A stretch of 64,000 nt of DNA from Bacteroidales bacterium (GTDB lineage: Bacteria > Bacteroidota > Bacteroidia > Bacteroidales > UBA932): contig JBAYMP010000001.1 of the NCBI GenBank assembly GCA_041663505.1, forward strand, positions 30,400 through 94,399, read 5' to 3'. Shown here in pieces: positions 60,749-64,000 of this stretch; position 1 is the first letter of the stretch; the number at the start of each line of letters is the position of its first letter. The translations under genes were made by a program, and so were the position numbers. The notes under the pieces were generated by a model. That model was not told the origin of the DNA, did not search any database, and saw only the letters and a program-made list of their open reading frames with translations.

Positions 60749-60756
60749 TAATTTTG
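60749..60756 (+). promoter_or_regulatory. Bacteroides-type -7 box TAATTTTG upstream of the tetR gene
   Basis: Matches TAnnTTTG, 28 nt upstream of the ATG at 60784. It overlaps the palindrome at 60755-60778. Confidence 0.45.
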
Positions 60757-60778
60757 ACCTATAAACGATAAAAGTCAA
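60755..60778 (+). promoter_or_regulatory. Candidate TetR operator, copy A (TGACCTATAAACGATAAAAGTCAA)
   Basis: TGAC/GTCA arms are separated by 15 nt. It is 19/24 identical to 61366-61389. Confidence 0.5.
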
Positions 60779-60783
60779 TTATT

Positions 60784-61368
60784 ATGTCAGAAATAGAAGT
60801 TAAGAGCTTAATTGTTGAATCAGCAACAAGAACTTTTTCAAAATTCGGCTTCTATAAGACTACGATGAATGAGATTGCCAGGCATATCCATAAAGCTAAA
60901 GGAGTTCTTTATTATTATTATAAAAGCAAAGAGGACCTTTTTAACGAAGTACTGAAACAAGAATTGAATATTGTTAAAGTAGAGTTAAATAAAATAGTCG
61001 ATAATGAAGAAGATTCTCTTGTTATACTCAAAACATACATACTTTCACGCCTGAAATTACTAAGCAAGTCGATTAATTATCGCGAAACACTAAAAGCAGA
61101 TTTCTTTGAAAAATATATTTTTGTTAAAGGTGTCAAAGATGATTTTGACGTGTTTGAACGTGCCAAACTAACTTTAATTTTAGGAAAAGGCAAAAATCAA
61201 GGTTACCTCGATGTTCAAGACATTAATTCTGCAGTAAATATTTTAATGATGATAATGAACGGTATAGAAATACCTTTATTCTTACAAAATAAGTATTCTG
61301 AATATGAAAACACTATTGATGAATTATCCACAATGCTAGTGAAAAGTTTAAAGGTTCAAAAAAACTGA
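60784..61368 (+). CDS. TetR/AcrR-family transcriptional regulator
   Basis: N-terminal HTH FGFYKTTMNEIARHIHKAKGVLYYYYKSKEDLF; 194 aa. Confidence 0.85.
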   Translation: MSEIEVKSLIVESATRTFSKFGFYKTTMNEIARHIHKAKGVLYYYYKSKEDLFNEVLKQELNIVKVELNKIVDNEEDSLVILKTYILSRLKLLSKSINYRETLKADFFEKYIFVKGVKDDFDVFERAKLTLILGKGKNQGYLDVQDINSAVNILMMIMNGIEIPLFLQNKYSEYENTIDELSTMLVKSLKVQKN

Positions 61369-61389
61369 CTAAAAAACGATAATGGTCAA
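61366..61389 (+). promoter_or_regulatory. Candidate TetR operator, copy B (TGACTAAAAAACGATAATGGTCAA)
   Basis: It has the same architecture as copy A. It overlaps the tetR stop codon and lies 10 nt upstream of the -7 box at 61399. Confidence 0.5.
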
Positions 61390-61398
61390 AAATATTTT

Positions 61399-61406
61399 TA
61401 ACTTTG
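61399..61406 (+). promoter_or_regulatory. Bacteroides-type -7 box TAACTTTG upstream of the radical SAM gene
   Basis: Matches TAnnTTTG, 26 nt upstream of the ATG at 61432. Confidence 0.45.
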
Positions 61407-61431
61407 CACGAAACTTCACTATACTTTAGTC

Positions 61432-62862
61432 ATGAAATCATTAAATTCTAACTCAGCTATTTTGAGGGTAATTAATTTAACCCTAAAGAACAAGTTATCC
61501 AGAAATATATTACTGTCCAGTTTAGATAGAAATGTACGGGACAGAGTTCTCAGGGACATAAGCCCTCAGTCTCCTAAGAATGTGAGGATGTATCATTATT
61601 ATGGATTGCGTGCAATGTATATGTCCTTTTTTAAAAATTACGATAAGGGTTATATCTCTCCGGAGGTAGCTGGTAAAGTTATAAGAACACTTGTAGAGGA
61701 GGTATTTTTGGGCAAAAAAGAACAGAAGGAATCGAAAGAAAATTTTAAAAATAAATATGGACAAGACTCTACAACTTTCATAACAATTTCACCTACAAAA
61801 AAGTGTAATCTTAATTGTACAGGTTGTTATGCTTCGTCAAACGCAACCTGTACCGCTTCGTTGGATTGGACACTATTGGATAAAATAATTGAAGATTTAT
61901 ACAACAATATGGGTATGAGGTTTTTTGTCATATCTGGCGGAGAACCTTTGCTATATAAAAGTGAAAATAAAACAATACTGGATTTAGCCCATAAGTGGAA
62001 TGATTGTTTTTTTCTTGTGTACACTAATGGAACGTTAATCAATGATGATATAGCCTCACAAATGGCTTCTGCAGGTAATATCACACCTGCTATTTCTGTT
62101 GAGGGATTTGAAACGGAAACAGACAAACGGAGAGGAGAAGGGGTTTTTAGAAAAATAATAAATGCAAAAAACAGTCTCATAAAAAATGGTGTTCCCTTTG
62201 GTTTATCAGTTACAGCAACAAAAGAAAATATTGGACTAATGCTGGATGATAGTTTTTACGAATATTATTTTGACAATTTCGGAGCAACATATATGTGGGT
62301 TTTCCAATATATGCCCATTGGGAGAGAATTTTCAACAGACCTGATGATAACTCCTGTCCAAAGGGTTGAACTTTTTAAACAGGAAATGAAAATTTTAATT
62401 GATAAGAAACATTTTATTGCCGATTTCTGGAATAGTGCAATCCTATCCAATGGTTGCATATCTTGTGGAAAACCGCATGGCTATTTTTATATAAACTGGG
62501 ACGGCAACATAATGCCTTGCGTTTTTGTCCCGCACTATCTTGATAATGTGAAATCACTTTATTCTTCAGGAAAGAAACTTAGTGATGCACTCTTTTCCCC
62601 TCTCTTTGTTAAAGGCAGAGAATGGCAATCGGATTACTTAGGAAATAATGGAAAACCCGCAAATCTTTTAACTCCCTGTTTTTATCGGGATCATTATAAA
62701 AATTTTGCAGAAATAGCCAAAAGTACAGGTGCAAAACCAGAAAACCAGGCAGCAGAAGATGCTTTACAATCCACAGAATACTACGAAGCGATGCTATCGT
62801 TTGACGACCAGTTAAAAAAAATAGCTTCTCCTGTATGGGATGAGATATTAAAGACTAATTAA
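61432..62862 (+). CDS. Radical SAM enzyme with a SPASM/twitch-like C-terminal Cys-rich domain and an N-terminal extension of about 115 aa; substrate unknown
   Basis: CNLNCTGCY (CX3CX2C), ISGGEPLL, the C-terminal NGCISCGKPHGYFYINWDGNIMPCVF, and TPCFY. Confidence 0.85.
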   Translation: MKSLNSNSAILRVINLTLKNKLSRNILLSSLDRNVRDRVLRDISPQSPKNVRMYHYYGLRAMYMSFFKNYDKGYISPEVAGKVIRTLVEEVFLGKKEQKESKENFKNKYGQDSTTFITISPTKKCNLNCTGCYASSNATCTASLDWTLLDKIIEDLYNNMGMRFFVISGGEPLLYKSENKTILDLAHKWNDCFFLVYTNGTLINDDIASQMASAGNITPAISVEGFETETDKRRGEGVFRKIINAKNSLIKNGVPFGLSVTATKENIGLMLDDSFYEYYFDNFGATYMWVFQYMPIGREFSTDLMITPVQRVELFKQEMKILIDKKHFIADFWNSAILSNGCISCGKPHGYFYINWDGNIMPCVFVPHYLDNVKSLYSSGKKLSDALFSPLFVKGREWQSDYLGNNGKPANLLTPCFYRDHYKNFAEIAKSTGAKPENQAAEDALQSTEYYEAMLSFDDQLKKIASPVWDEILKTN

Positions 62863-62880
62863 TGTAAAAGAAAATACTAT

Positions 62881-63828
62881 ATGATTATAAATCTTGTAAC
62901 TGATTATGTGCCGGATATCATAGTACAAAACGAGTACTTTTTTAATAATTATGGTATTACAGAGGAGGAAATTATTGCTAAAAGCGGAATTAAGCAGAGA
63001 AGACGTAGCCGTCCGGCTGAGAACACCAATTCAATGGCGATTGAAGCGGTAAATAAAGCATTTATTGATTTACCATTTTCTATAGGCGAAATAGACTTAA
63101 TCATTGGAGCAACATATACACCCTATGATACTGTCGGCACATTGGCTCATGCTGTGCAGAAACAATTTAATATTAACAATGCAAAATGTTTCACTATTGA
63201 TTCTGCATGTTCTTCGTTTGTAAATGCAGTAGAAATTGTTGACTGTTATTTTGCCAATAACAAAGCGAGTAAAGCTTTAATCGTTATCTCGGAAAATAAC
63301 AGCGTTTACAGTGACGACTCTGATAAAAAATCAGGGTTTTTATGGGGGGATGGTGCTTCAGCCGTTTTTATTTCTAAGCAAAGATACTCAGATAAAGATT
63401 TTGAAGTGCTTGATGTTAATACTACCGGTTTGGGTAATATTGGGAAAAGCACGAGTGCAGTCACTTTGTTCCCTAACAATGGAGGGTTGAAAATGCCCCT
63501 GGGGAAAGATGTTTTTCAATATGCATGTAAGTACATAATACGTGAAATTGAACAAATTTTGAATAAAAACAACATTCCTCTTAATGAGTTGGGCTATTTT
63601 ATTCCTCATCAGGCTAATACCAGAATTACAGATTACGTTGTAAAGGCATTGAAAATTGATCCTGCACGAGTTATAACAAATATTGAGTATTTGGGTAATA
63701 CCGGTTCAGCAAGTACTCCAATTATTTTATCTCAAAACAGTAGGAAATTCAAGAAAAATGATACGATTGCAATATCGGTTTTTGGAGGAGGTTATTCAAG
63801 CGGGGCTATTTTGTTAAAAAAATTATAG
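62881..63828 (+). CDS. FabH-like beta-ketoacyl-ACP synthase III family condensing enzyme
   Basis: The Cys-His-Asn triad is present in context: DSACSSF, IPHQAN and LGNTGSAS. 315 aa. Confidence 0.85.
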   Translation: MIINLVTDYVPDIIVQNEYFFNNYGITEEEIIAKSGIKQRRRSRPAENTNSMAIEAVNKAFIDLPFSIGEIDLIIGATYTPYDTVGTLAHAVQKQFNINNAKCFTIDSACSSFVNAVEIVDCYFANNKASKALIVISENNSVYSDDSDKKSGFLWGDGASAVFISKQRYSDKDFEVLDVNTTGLGNIGKSTSAVTLFPNNGGLKMPLGKDVFQYACKYIIREIEQILNKNNIPLNELGYFIPHQANTRITDYVVKALKIDPARVITNIEYLGNTGSASTPIILSQNSRKFKKNDTIAISVFGGGYSSGAILLKKL

Positions 63829-63837
63829 GCATCTGTT

Positions 63838-64000
63838 TTGAAGACAATATCAGGATATATTCTTACAAAAGTGTTTGGGTGGAAAATCGGGGGAGAGTTT
63901 CACAATTTTCCAAAGAGTGTCATCATTTTCGCTCCTCATACCAGCTATTATGATGCATTGTACGGGAAGTTGTACCTTAATGAACTATGCATCAAGCATA
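63838..64000 (+). CDS. PlsC-type (lysophospholipid/1-acylglycerol-3-phosphate) acyltransferase, 5' fragment cut by the window edge
   Basis: The frame is open from TTG at 63838 to the window end: (M)KTISGYILTKVFGWKIGGEFHNFPKSVIIFAPHTSYYDALYG. It contains the HX4D motif HTSYYD. Absent from the ORF track because it is partial. Confidence 0.6.
   Translation, partial: MKTISGYILTKVFGWKIGGEFHNFPKSVIIFAPHTSYYDALYGKLYLNELCIKH

Noticed and set aside
1-64000. A scan of ORF translations on both strands for mobile elements, phage genes, toxin-antitoxin pairs, restriction-modification systems or known defence systems
   Set aside because: No transposase, integrase, recombinase, nuclease-methylase pair, Cas, reverse transcriptase, or STAND/ATPase-nuclease architecture was recognisable among the ORF translations.

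Overview
The window looks like a chromosomal segment from a Bacteroidota (Bacteroidales-like) genome. Many genes are preceded by the Bacteroides-type -7 promoter box TAnnTTTG. Gene content fits too: FrdAB-type succinate dehydrogenase/fumarate reductase, a coaX-OMP-lptC-CNNM-ppiD block, YfhO, and a tricorn-like S41 protease.

Positions 1 to about 52.3 kb are densely packed housekeeping genes. These include acyl-CoA ligase, mnmG, ybeY, mdh, tRNA-Ala(GGC), hflX, sdhBA, a GH20 hexosaminidase, ruvB, mfd, coaX, lptC, ychF, rsmA, mutS, a fabK-like gene, sod, folA, thyA, aspS, apbC and fumC.

From about 52.4 kb to the window end the sequence becomes visibly more AT-rich and the gene content changes in two steps:
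- A nine-gene same-strand array made only of small redox enzymes: 4 aldo/keto reductases, 2 FMN reductases, an NmrA-like protein, an SDR, and an in-frame SDR-like::Ohr fusion. Two of its spacers carry a repeated intergenic element.
- A divergently transcribed TetR gene, then a radical SAM/SPASM-like enzyme, a FabH-like KAS III and a PlsC-type acyltransferase that is cut by the window edge. The same 24-nt imperfect palindrome precedes both the tetR gene and the radical SAM gene.

This low-GC redox-plus-lipid-tailoring region is my best candidate for an uncharacterised system.

I found no rRNA, CRISPR array, transposase, integrase, phage gene or recognisable defence gene. The only long non-coding stretch is a 442-bp region of about 20% GC between ruvB and mfd, which carries DnaA-box-like 9-mers.

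All calls rest on reading the translated ORFs and the nucleotide sequence. No database search was run.
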